The translations under genes and the position numbers were made by a program. This document shows, in pieces, positions 1 through 11,634 of a stretch of 60,000 bases of DNA. The stretch's first letter is position 1, and every line of letters begins with the position of its first letter. The stretch is from Malacoraja senta (Eukaryota): positions 13,828,001 to 13,888,000 of the forward strand of contig CM075988.1 in NCBI GenBank assembly GCA_038087875.1, written 5' to 3'. Below the pieces are notes generated by a model. The model did not search any database. It saw nothing but the letters and a program-made list of their open reading frames with translations, and was not told the origin of the DNA.

Positions 1-477
1 TTCATTCTCTCGGCATCACCACAGAAAAACCACTCGTAATTTCCAAATTTATGAACTGTATTCCTTCCTTGTTTGATTGAAGTGAATTTACCTAATAAAC
101 TTTGCCATTTTATAAGCTAATAAAAAGAAAGGCATTATATTCTAACAAGAATATCTTCTCCTCATCTATCAGACAATCTGCTATCCAACTTAAATTTCCC
201 ATAAAATTATATTCCCCAGGCTAGTGATAGAAAAAAATATCACACAAGAAGTTAGTGAATATACCAGTCATTATCCTAATAGCTTTACTGAAATGTCTTA
301 AAAATCATTTTACAAAGGTGAATGGTGAAACTCAGGAATGGCCCAATTAGTAAAATGTAACCTATGAGAAGAAAAGTTCCAAAGAACTCAGGAAAATTGC
401 ATGGTTCATTGAACATAGTTAGGCCAAAAAAAAAAGTGCAATGTCCTTTCGCTTCAGAAGACTATTTCTAAAGTATA

Positions 478-867
478 GGGCAACAGAGTGGTGCAGCTGA
501 TAGAGCGACTGACGCACAGTGCCACAGACCTGGGTTCGATCCTGACCTTAGGTGCTGTCTATGTGGAGTTTGCACGTTCTCCCTGGTAATTCGAATATCA
601 CTGTACCTTAATTGGTGCACGTGACAATAAAAGACCTTTGAAACCTTTGACCATGTAGATTTCCTCCGGGTGCTTCAGTTTCCTCCCATATCCCAAAGAT
701 ATCTGGGTTTATAGCCTAATCAGCCTCTGTAAATTGTGCCTAATGTGTAGGGATTGGATGCAAAAGTGGGACAACGTTGAACTGGCGTGAATGGGTGATC
801 GATGGTTCATGTGGACTCAGTGGGCCGAAGTTTCCAGGCTGTATCTCTAAACTAAACTAATCTAAAC
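478..867 (+). mobile_element. tRNA-derived V-SINE (HE1-like), interrupted by a ~60-bp LINE 3' tail at 586-647
   Basis: A-box-like gtggtgcagctg, B-box gggttcgatcc, V-domain-like ttcctccgggtgcttcagtttcctccca and tail tgtatctctaaactaaac. The insert ends ...gtgacaataaaagacctttgaaaccttt. Confidence 0.85.
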
Positions 868-991
868 AAGACCTGTTGAGACATATCAGAACATTATGGT
901 GCAGACTTTGGCATCAGTGCTCTCCCTCTCCTCTGTCCGATTTGGAGTCAGTCACACTTCGTATCTGGCTGTCAGCTTCCCATTAGCCACA

Positions 992-1267
992 GGCGGCACG
1001 GTGGTAAAGTTGCTGCCTTACAACACCAGAGACCTGGGTTCGATCCTGACTATGGGTGCCATCTGTATGGAATCTGTACGTTCTCCCCATTACCTGTGTG
1101 GGTTTTCCCCGGTTTCCTCTCACATTCCAAAGACCTACAGGTTTTTACATGTAAATTGTTCCTAGTGTGTGTATAGGATCGTGTTAGTGTGCGGGAATTG
1201 CCCGTTGGCGGGTACACGGTAGGCCAAAGGGCCTGTTTGCACACTGTATCTCTAAACTAAACTAAAC
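992..1267 (+). mobile_element. V-SINE (HE1-like)
   Basis: B-box gggttcgatcc, conserved body and ggccaaagggcctgttt...tctctaaactaaactaaac tail. Confidence 0.85.
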
Positions 1268-1686
1268 CTTGGTAATAGAGTATCTATGAAAGGTCATTGG
1301 ATTGACACGTTGATTCTGATTCTCCAGCGATACTGCCAGACATCCTGAGGGTTCCCAGCTCTTTTTTTTTGTCAATTATAAACAGCAAGGCTGGGGTTTG
1401 GGGTTTGTAGATTCACTTCCTGAAGGTTAGTTGTTGCTTGTGGTCCTTTCCACTCGCAAGATTGCCATGACAGCAAAACCTGGAGCCCCATTAGACCACT
1501 AGGGCCACGTAACATTCGTGAAACTGTCAGGATCAAGCAGGGGGGAGAGTGGGCAACAAGTGAGGGAGCAGAGCCAAGCATGACCTGCCCATTATCTTTC
1601 AGACAATGGAATATTTTCAGTCATAACATCACATCCTCAACTTTTGTAACAATAAATATTGGTGCAGTTGACTTGAATTTGCTTAA

Positions 1687-1921
1687 GTGAATCTGTGGAA
1701 TTCATTGTCACAGAAGGCTGTGGAGGCCAAGTCAATGGATATTTTTAAGGCGGAGATAGATAGATTCTTGATTAGAATGGGTGTCAGGGGTTAAGGGGAG
1801 AAGGCAGGAGAATGGGGTTCGGAAGGAGCGATAGATCAGCCATGATTGAATGTCAGGGTGGACCTGATGGGGCGAATGGCCTAATTCTGCTCCTAATACT
1901 TATGAACTTGTAAACTTATGA
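1687..1921 (+). mobile_element. CR1 LINE 3' end fragment
   Basis: VNLWNSL...KAEIDRFL-type ORF2 terminus and 3' UTR, matching other CR1 copies in the window. Confidence 0.85.
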
Positions 1922-2344
1922 AATGGCACAACAAATTACTCTTATATGGTTTTCTTGGGTAATTACATTGTAAGTGATTCAAGTTGTTATTTGTGCACCC
2001 ATCAAACTTTTTTGGAACTCTGTCCATTAATGCCACATGGCAATAGCTAAAATGATGAGAATCGCTTCACAAGAACTCTGACCCTTTATAAAATCAACAG
2101 CAATCAACCAATTTGCTGTGTCGCTGCTGCATTGGGGTTTTTTTGCTCCTTTTTTTTTGCTTTTTTTAAACTAGAACTGCATTGGTGACCTGGTAATAGG
2201 GTGATTTGTTTTGAAGACCAGAGACTGCTGGATGTCAAATATATTCTGTAATAAACATTAATCGAGGCATGTATTTGCAAAGAGCATGGACAGTCAAGTT
2301 GAAGACCCTGGATTTGCTGAAACAGAACATTTGTCCTTTAGAAC

Positions 2345-2862
2345 TACGGCCCGACTCCGGAGCTCAAGCTGCAGACCAGTGGACAGTGATATCGGGAGCT
2401 CGCGGGGCCGGGTGAGAGACCGCTTTCCGGAGCTCCCACAACGCAACTTCTCCCGCCCGTGTCGCAGGGTTGGAACGACCCGGAGCGGGGCCATAAATCG
2501 CCCGGCGCGGCTTTAATGGCCGCGGGACATTCCAGCGCCCGCCGGGGGCTCCAACTTTGTGACTTTTGGGCCCGGAGCGAGGCAGTACACCGCCCGGCGC
2601 GGCCTCAACGGCTGTGGGACTTAACATTGCCCGCCTGGGCCTTCAACATCGGGAGAAAAATGGTGCAGGGGAGAGAAAAGACTTTGCCTTCCATCACAGT
2701 GAGGAGGAGATTCACTGTGATGGATGTTTTTCTGTAAATTGAATTGTTTGTGTGTCGTGTAGGAATTGTTTTGTTTGTATGGCTGTGGAAACGGAGTTTC
2801 GTTTGAGCCTCTTTGAGGTTCAAATGACAAGAATAAAATCTAATCTAATCTAATCTAATCTA
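2345..2862 (+). mobile_element. GC/CpG-rich non-autonomous retroposon with (CTAAT)n tail
   Basis: Shares the gccttccatcacagtg...cactgtgatggatg stem-loop with copies at 25.3-26.9 kb; ends aataaa + (ctaat)n. Confidence 0.6.
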
Positions 2863-3324
2863 GAAATAGCAAGGTCTTTGATAATTTCTCAAAAAATCCA
2901 AATATTTAAAAAAAATTTAACAGGTCATTCACTCGTTTAAGGGAACATCGAATTTATTGAATTAGGGCTTTGTTAAATCTCATATCAGATTCTTCCATCA
3001 TCCAGTTTCCTTGCATTATTTATGCTCAATATTTAACATTAGAGAAACATACAAATATTCTATGTACTACTTTTAGGCCCCCTAACTGTTGGTTATCACT
3101 TTTGGTGTGAGCATGTCAATACAATGGCCATTGGCTGTGTTACTTACAAATACAAGGGTCCTCAATCTAGTATTTTCTAATAGGTGCTGTAGAAAATCTT
3201 GGCATAAACTGCACACCTTAATGAGGTGGTGAATGGTATCATGGCCTAATCAGAAATAAAAATTTGGGTTAAAATATACTCTTCATACATAAAATATATG
3301 GCAGATCTTATGATTCCCATATTG

Positions 3325-3937
3325 ACCTTTTTGTCCATGGCCTCCTCCATTGCCAGAGTGAGGCTACATGCCAGAGTGAGGAGTACCTCATGTTCCACTT
3401 GAGTAACATACATCCCAATGGTACAGTATGAACATTGAATTCACCAATTTCAAGCAATATCCCTCTAACCCCTCTCTCATTCCACTGACTCACCCCACCA
3501 TGGTACACACAAATTTCTCCCGCCATCTCGCTCCACCCTAATCACCCAACTCCTTCCTCATCTTCTGTATGCTCATTTCTCATCCTTGATGGAGAACAAG
3601 ATTTCTCCTGCATCCCACCTCTTTCACTTTCCCCATGTGCTCTTCCATCCGTATCCCTCTCTGAAGCTTTATGTTTCACTCCTCTTCTTTCCTTATCTGC
3701 CACCATTTTGTTTCCTTTTCACCTCTATCCTCTGTCACTTATTCCACACATTTGCCATTCTCCTCCTCTCACCTGTATCCACCTGTCACTTGACAGGCTT
3801 CGCCCCATCCCTACCTTTCTATTCCAGCTTTCTCCCGCCTCCCTACTCCATCAGTCTGAACAAAGAACCTGGCCCAAAACGCTGTCCATCCATTCCCTCC
3901 ACACATGCTGAGTTCCTCCTGCATTTTGTTCTTTGCT
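3325..3937 (+). mobile_element. Degenerate Penelope-like element 3' fragment
   Basis: Similar to the GIY-YIG C-terminus and 3' UTR of the copy at 29.6-30.5 kb (atgaacattgaattc..., pyrimidine-rich UTR, cagtctgaa...aaacg). Confidence 0.65.
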
Positions 3938-4952
3938 AATGAAATGGAAAATGCTGCAAACATGTAGCAACTTGGGTAGCCTCTGTTGAAAAAGAAGCAG
4001 AGCTAATGTTTTATTGAAAGGCATAGGTTCTGCAATCTGCTGCATTTTGCCATCATTGTCTTTCATTATTTAAGGACAAGTATAATCTATTGCCCTCACA
4101 TCACCGCTCCAGCATTTTGTTTAATATAAACTAAATTCCTTAAGTGCATTTGGGAATTATGCAAAAAAACACCCTTTATGTCAGTGAAGGGCTTTTTTTT
4201 TAAATCAATGAGGGGGGTCTATGTTGCAGAGCACTGAATAATGTTATAATTAGATACTGCTCTCTAATTCTGTCATATTTTTGTGAAATATTGTCAATGC
4301 TCTGACAAGCTGAGTTAACGAGCAGTCTACATGGCGGCAGGGGATACAGCCTGTCCTTGCTCATCCAGCCAGAAAATAATCTACACTTCTTTTAGCTGCC
4401 AGCACCCAAATAATTATTTAATGAATCTCAGATTTACAGTTCAACAACTTCCCCTGGAGTTTATTCCATTTGGTAAACTCTCTCTGAAAAGGACTTTCTA
4501 ATATTATTAGAATATACACCAGAGGTCAACTGCCAACAAAATGGACTTCTCGTTATGACATACTTGAAAGAGTTCAGGAACAGAGAGAGCTCCATTGTGC
4601 TCCATTGAGTCAAATGGTCAACATATTCCATAGACATCCTTTCAAATGAATGGGGTTGTAAACAAGAATTGTGGAAATAAATTTAAGTTTTGGTTTCAGT
4701 TTACTATTGTCACGTGTGCAGAGGTAAAATGAAAAGCTTTGTGTTGCATGTTATTCAATCAGATCAGGTAACACTGTACAAAAAAAAACAATCAAGTCAA
4801 ACTGAAGTACAATAAGTAGAATAAAAAGAACAAGAAGATAGAGGTGCAGCATATAGTTCTAAGCCTTGTAACGCAATGAAGAGGGATCCCTACCCGAAAC
4901 ATCACCTATCTACTGTATACTCTCTAGATATGTTGCCAGTTCTGTTCAGTTA

Positions 4953-5359
4953 AGGGCCTGTCCCACGAGCATGCGACTGCATGCGGCAAGCGCGACCTAA
5001 CGTGGTCGCTTGAGACGTTCGGCCTCGCGGGGCCTGTCCCACTTCGATCGCCGGAGCCGTATGGAGTTGTGCGGAGCTGGTCCCGACATTGTGCGGGGCT
5101 CCGAAAAACTGACAGTGTTCAAATATTCTGTGTGGCAACGGCCTGCCGGCCCGCAGCCGCATCGACGGCGTACGCACCGCCTCGAAGGGCGTGTGCACCG
5201 TCTCGACGCCGTACGCAGCGTCTTGACGCCATACGTCACGCGCGAACTTCCCGCGGATTTCGCTCGAACTTCACGTCACTCACTTGACCTCCGCGCGGCC
5301 CCCGCTTCCGGTTTGGTCGCGCTTGCCGCATGTAGTCGCATGCTCGTGGGACAGGCCCT
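4953..5359. mobile_element. PIF/Harbinger-type MITE
   Basis: Long TIRs agggcctgtcccacgagcatgcgact...agtcgcatgctcgtgggacaggccct; TTA TSD at 4950-4952 and 5360-5362. Confidence 0.9.
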
Positions 5360-6831
5360 TTACTCTAGCACTTTGTACCTATTTCCTATAGTTTATTTTA
5401 ACTAATATTAATGTTTTATTTAATTTATTTTATATATGGTGTAGAAATATTTTGGGTTGATAATGTTTAATGCTTTTAATTTTTCATCATTTTTTTAATC
5501 TATTATCAACTTTTACTTAAATGTCTATGATATCCAGATAGATTTAGAAGGGTTTCGACCTATTCCTTTTCTTCAGAGATGCTGTCTGACCCGCTGAGTT
5601 ACTCCAGCTTTTTGTTTATTTTTTAGATATAGAAAGATTAGATAAAGACTTTGACATTAAAAACTGCCGGAAGGCCATCAACACCCTTCAGGATGCAGTG
5701 GCTGAGGTCTAGTCATTTTTTGAGGACCACCACTACCTCACAGATTACCATGGCAACAGGGTCTCCGGTTCAGGTCAACCTGTGGCCTTGGCTTCTGGTG
5801 GCAGGACGAATATAATCTGCCACATAATAATAAATTGCAAGAATGTAAATGGTATTTAAAAGAGAATTTATAAGCAGACAAACCATCTTAAAATATTGAA
5901 ACTGGGCAGAGAGTACTCGAATAATTTATTGTTAATTGCTCGCTCAGTTAATTTAGTATCTTTATCTGAATCACTTAGCTGCTGTTCTAGTTAAATGTTG
6001 TGAAATCATCTGAGATTATATTCCGTGTTCATTATGCCAATCCAGTCTCCTAAGAATACACTTAGGGAATGGAAAAATAAAGAAATAATGGCCATCTGCT
6101 GAGGATGTTGTGATAATTAAAGGTTAGACTGGATTGCAATTAATTATATATCTGTAGCAGATGTTTATGTGTAATCTTTCGAAACTATTACTTCAATTTT
6201 AAGTTTTTTTTTATTTTATGAGGTTAATTGAATGATCATATTTTGAAAATTCTTGTTTCGTTGAAAGATAGCATTTCCAAAGAACTATTTGGAACATATT
6301 TTCCCAGCAGTGGTCATATTGACTGTTACAACTTTGATAAATATATCAATGTATTTTTAATAAATTCAAAGCTGTAATTATGCAAGTAATAGAAACACGA
6401 TGAGTCTCCGAAAAAATAATAATTTGGGGATATTTACTTTTACTGTTTCATTAAAATTATATGTTTTTATTTTAGAGTTCTTAAATTATGGTAAATTGAA
6501 TTAGTAAGTTACATGTTATTTAATAGTTTAATAGTTTTTTTAAAATGTTCTTTTAATAGTTAATAAATGTCTCTGAATTGCAAGTCGACACCTTGGGTGC
6601 AGTACCTGAGACCGACACATCACGTGGAAACCAATCCCACCCAGAGATGTCTTTTCAATGAGTAGTGGTTCAGGGGCGGAGGGTGCTGTTTAAATTCACA
6701 CCATCCACATTGAGAAAGAATAAGTTGGTGAGGACTTGAAGCAGTGAGTCTGTGCTGCAGCCAGCTCCAGAGTGATCTGCCCCTCATGTTTCTCCAGTTT
6801 CCCATTATCATGTCCATCTAATCAGTCTATT

Positions 6832-7032
6832 GGAGACACAAGGAACAGCAGGTGCTGAAATCTTGACCAAAATTCATAGTGTTGGGGGAACTCAACAGGT
6901 CAAGCGGCATCTGTGAAGGCAATGGATAGGTGGTGTTCAGTCTGAAGAAGGGTCCAGACCCAAACTATCACTTTTCCATTCCTTCCATAAATGCTCCCTG
7001 ACCAGCTGGATTACTCCAGCCCTTTGTATTTT
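6832..7032. repeat. Fold-back pair of MER6-like Penelope terminal repeats
   Basis: A minus-strand copy (aaggaacagcaggtgctg...) is joined to a plus-strand copy (cagtctgaagaagggtccagaccc...ttactccagc). Confidence 0.7.
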
Positions 7033-7104
7033 AATCAGTCGTTTGAAATCTCCCTGCAGTCTTGGTTCAATGTCAACATCAACCAAAAGGTATCTTTGGC
7101 TATC

Positions 7105-7425
7105 TTAGTTAATTTAGTTTAGAGATACAGCATGGAAATAGGCCCGTTAGCTTGCTGGTCCACACTGACCATCGATCACCCATTCACAATAGTTTTATGT
7201 TATCCTACTTTCACATCCACTCCCTACATCCTTGGAACAATTGACAGAGGTTGATTAACCTACAAATCTGCACGTCTTTGGGATGTGGGAGGAAACCGGG
7301 GGAAATCGTCGTGGTCATAGGGAGAACGTGTAAACTCCACACAGACAGCACCCAAGGTCAAGATTGAACCTAGGTCCTTGGCGCTGTGAGGCAGCAGCTC
7401 TACCAGTTGCACCACTGTGCCGCGC
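7105..7425 (-). mobile_element. V-SINE (HE1-like)
   Basis: Reverse complement of the SINE: tttagtttagagatacag tail, gggatgtgggaggaaaccgg V-domain, tRNA head. Confidence 0.85.
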
Positions 7426-8164
7426 CACTAGTTGTGGATTGTTCATTGAGGCTATTCAAATGATGCCTCGGGGTGTCTCTATGAAGAACTTGCTTACATT
7501 TTCTGGAGCTTTTTAGTCAGAAGAAATTTAGGAGTGGGAGATAATAAGAAAAAAATGATCAGGTACACAAAGAGTTTCATTATGCTTCACCAGCCCCACT
7601 GGTACCCATGGCTGGATTGCCATGACCACCATCATCTCTCCACTGGCAATGAAATACACAAGTTTGCTGTTGCCTGTAGTTCTGTGCCTTCTCCTGCAAC
7701 AGAGCGGGTATCAATAGATCTCTTGCAATATATCTGGGAGAATATGTGTTACGGCGTACAACAGCATGTGGGGTCTGAGGTGCAAATAGTGCTGTGTTCG
7801 TGACGGTGAGGTAAAGCATATGAAATGTAGGATTGGGAACTAATTAGTAGAGCTTGGTGGTAGTTGAGTAATGAATTGAGACTATTGGTGCATATGACAG
7901 GAAATGTCAATTGAGGGTTAATTCACTGACCTTAACAACTCTGTCTGATCATTGAAATGTTTTTCCTGCAATGCTTCTATATTAGAGGAGTAAATTCAAA
8001 TAGCTTAATGACACTGTTTGGAGATCCACCTACTCACTGGAAGGATGGCTTCTATCCACCTCCACAACCAAAGCTCCCAAGAAAGTGACTGATAATTCCA
8101 GTGCTTGCTCTCCTCCATGTTCAGCCATGGTTCCAAACATTCTAGCGTGGGATAGACTGACTGA

Positions 8165-9133
8165 CCGACCCACCCGTTCATATTTGTTCACTTTCACATC
8201 CACTCCCTAAGTACGAAGGGCAATGTAGAGAGTGCCAATTAACCTACTAACCCACATGTCTTAGGAATGTGGGAGGAAACCGGATCATCTCGAGGAAACC
8301 CACAAGGTCACAGGGAGAAATGTGCAAACCTCACGCAGACAACACCCAAAATCAAGATCGGACTTGTTAATCCTGGCTAAATTGGAGCAGCTAGGAATTC
8401 AAAATGTGATGTTTCACGGTTGCTGGGAGATTTGGTCAAATTGGAATTGCTCTCTGCAGAGCTGGGACAAGCTGCGGAGAGGTACCAGAGTGTCTGGAGC
8501 TTAGATACAATTTGCAAGTAAAGAATGGGAAGATCTGCAAACCCTGTCAATTTGGTGCAAAATGCATAGAATGGATTGAATGGCTGCAAACCAGACATAC
8601 ACCTTGTAAATAGTTGTAAATAATGTTGCAGAGTTTGACTTTGTCAAGTGTTGATTGGATGAGGTGTTGAGCCTTGTCTGGGTTTTCTGTAAATCAGGGT
8701 AAATGTTTCCAAGTTGACTTCCTCTCAAAGTTTGTTTTGAATACAATGTATTGAACTGTTGTATCATTGGGTTAGGGGAATGCCTGTTATGTATGGGGTT
8801 AATCGATATCTGTAATTGGGTTCGGCCCCTCGAGGTCCCGGGACATATAAAAGTCCACGATCAAGAGGCTCAGCGTGGATCTTCTGGAAGAACGCTTGGG
8901 ACTGCGTGAACTTCTGTAGTGTCTCTGTCTGAGCGAGGCCTGGAGGGCTTGAACAGGCAGACACGAGGATCAAACCCGCGGTGGGATAGGTACAGTAGTT
9001 GATCTGTAAAGCGCTTTTGGTAAAATAAAATTTAGTTGTTTCAAGTGCTTGATTCAGTGCTTTTACTGAAACTAGACTGAGGTCTCTTGCGCTGTGAAGC
9101 AGAAACTCTACCAGCTACACCATTGTGTCGCCC
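8165..9133 (-). mobile_element. V-SINE split by a solo LTR
   Basis: SINE body at 8165-8364 resumes at ~9081 with the tRNA-derived head (gtctcttgcgctgtgaagcag...). Confidence 0.75.
8365..9079 (+). mobile_element. Solo LTR (3' ~30 bp missing), same family as 31458-32204
   Basis: Starts TGTTAATC; TATAAAA at 8846, AATAAA at 9024; collinear similarity to 31458-32204. Confidence 0.75.
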
Positions 9134-10404
9134 TGCATGGACTATAAGTGCAAAATGTTGTAAATTATACCTTGTGTATAGGATAGAACTAGCATATGGG
9201 TGATCGCTGAACTCAGTGGGCCGAAGAGCCTGTTTCCATGCTGTATCTCTAAACGAAACAAAACTAAATCTCTCCGCATGTAATGTAACAAAGACACTGA
9301 AAGAAAAATATAAAATGCAGGTAGCATTTGTGGAGTGAGGTATAGTGTTAATGTTTCCAGTCAATGACGTTTGATTGGAACAAATAAACAATTTCACAAC
9401 TTCTGCTTTAAATTTTGTAGTCTGCCTTCAAGTTGTGCTGGCTACCCCTGGCAATGAGCTCTTTCTGAAGCATGCTGGTAATAAACAGCATGTGTTGTCC
9501 AGATTCAAAAAGCTATTGTGAAAAGCACTAAGCAGTATGAATCCTCCATGCTGCCTTTCACACTGATCGGGTGTGGTTTAATTGTATATTAATTGTGTAC
9601 TGAACACAATTCTAAAGGTTAGCTGATTTCCTATAGTCTTTCTATGTATTATCTAGTATTGATTAGAATAGTCATAATGTCCTGTTTCCAACTGTTTAAA
9701 AAAAAATATGATTTTCAAATATCTGATTTTAAAGAGGTGCATGGTAAGACTATTCACACTTTCAAGGCACAACATATCTCCTGAATTAAGGGAGGAAAAA
9801 AATCAATCAATTATTGGCACGATTTTCAGTTGTTAATGTTAAATTGGTGTGGTGAAAGGCAACAACAAGGATCAATAGATAGAAAGAGGGAGTTATGTAT
9901 CATAAGCCTGTGTCAGTGTAGAAATATGTTAGGTGATTGAAACCCTGGACTATTTAATCTTCTTAACGGGGACTCAAATCCAGTCTGATTGAGGAGTGTA
10001 CAGGGATTATTACACCTTTAATACAATGGCACAGAAATTCAGAAAAGGGATCTTCAAAGGTCACCTTCTATGGCCTAGAAACAGCAACCAGCTGCTCAGT
10101 AAGTGAGTTCCACTTAGAAGTTGAATGACAGCTCCATAAGCAATACTTCAATTACATTTTGCTTCAATTTCCCCTTTTGCTATTTTGCTATTGTAGCTTT
10201 TCACCTTGCTGTTTTGGTAAATCCAACATCACCATTTTGGATTATCCCAAGCCCATTTATCTCACTTTACAACCTTCAAAGTAATTACTTGTCACTTAAA
10301 GAGCCCAGTTTTACCAAACAGTTCCTTAATGCTTGGATCTGATATGATTCTATCCCCCATAAAGCCAAAATCTTCTGAGACACTATGAGCTATTTAAGAC
10401 TAGC

Positions 10405-10808
10405 ATCATAAGACCAGAAGACATAGGAGAATTAGGCATTTGGCCCATTGAGTTTGCTCTGTCATTCGATCATGGCTGATCTATTTTTTCCCCCTTGACC
10501 TCATTCTCCTTCCTTCTCTCCATAACTTTGACGCCCTTACTAGTCAAGAACCTATGTATCGTTGCTTAAAAAATACCCAATGATTTGGTCTCCACAGCTA
10601 TCTGTGGCAATGAATTCCACAGATTCACCACTCTCTCACTAAAGAAATTCCTCCTCATCTCCATTCCAAATGTGCATCTTTTTATTCTGAGACCATGGCC
10701 TCTGGTCCTAGACTCTCCCAAGACTGGAAACATCCTCTCCACACCCACTCTCTGGAGGCCTTTCATTATTTGGTAGGTTTAAATGAGATTCCCTCTCATT
10801 CTTCTAAA
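10405..10808 (-). mobile_element. CR1 LINE 3' fragment
   Basis: ORF 10566-10766(-) reads ESRTRGH...RRNFFSERVVNLWNSLP, followed by the CR1 3' UTR. Confidence 0.9.
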
Positions 10809-10945
10809 TGTAAGGCATGAGTAGTTGTGCGATAAATTAGTACTTAGGGTTTTGAAGTATGCCAGAGGTTCTCCAATTCGATATAGAAAGGAGCCTGTGC
10901 ATTTCTTCGGAGAAGTTAGTCTTGGGTAGAAAGTTTCATGATTTT

Positions 10946-11148
10946 TGTAAAATGACTTGGTTCCTACACAGAGTCTTTTACTGATGGTTTATTAAATCAC
11001 TAACACACACCATGCAATAGCTGTCCGTGGTCATCACTGGAGCTAGAGAGAGGGCTGGAGGTGGGAACCTTACAATTATAGGAGAGACAATGGGGAGTGG
11101 TTAGTAGTGGTGAGGTCACTAAGTTAAAGGAACATGCACTGATCTACA
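10946..11148 (-). repeat. 3' LTR of the Gypsy element
   Basis: Identical to 15428-15630 except for one substitution (gagtctttt vs gagactttt). Confidence 0.97.
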
Positions 11149-11160
11149 TCCCTCCTCTTG
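11149..11160 (-). other. Polypurine tract
   Basis: Minus strand reads caagaggaggga immediately before the 3' LTR. Confidence 0.85.
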
Positions 11161-11634
11161 GAAACAAAAACATGGCAATACACAGAGCGACCACGGCTCA
11201 TACGCTAGGATTACAAACCACGCTGGGAACAGTTAATCGTGTCATAACACAGCTAAGCGAGCTCCCCGTAACGGACAGGCGGCTTGACCAACCGGCCATA
11301 GCGGGTGCGCAACCCGCATTCCCCCTCAACCGCAGGAGCAGAAGGGACAGAGTCAGGGAAAGAGGTGGGAGAGCCGCGCGGGGAACGAACTGGAGACGGA
11401 GGAGTACAGCGAGGCGAAACGGGCACGCTGGCAGGCAAGGCAGGGGAAAGAGGCTTGTGAGCGTGGGGCATAGAGAGCTGGGAGGGCAGTTTCCGCGACA
11501 TGCGAGGAGGGATAGGTGGCTGAAACGGGTCCGCGGGAGGCGGAGGAGGCTCGTTGACGAGCAGGAGGTGCTGGCGTGACCGACGGTAGATAGCGCCCTC
11601 ATAGTCGACGAGGTATGACCGGGGAGAGCCGGCA

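Noticed and set aside
478..560. SINE heads as tRNA genes
   Set aside because: The cloverleaf is degenerate and continuous with the SINE body and tail.
4950..5405. ORFs in the palindromic element
   Set aside because: It is a non-coding MITE with no transposase motifs.
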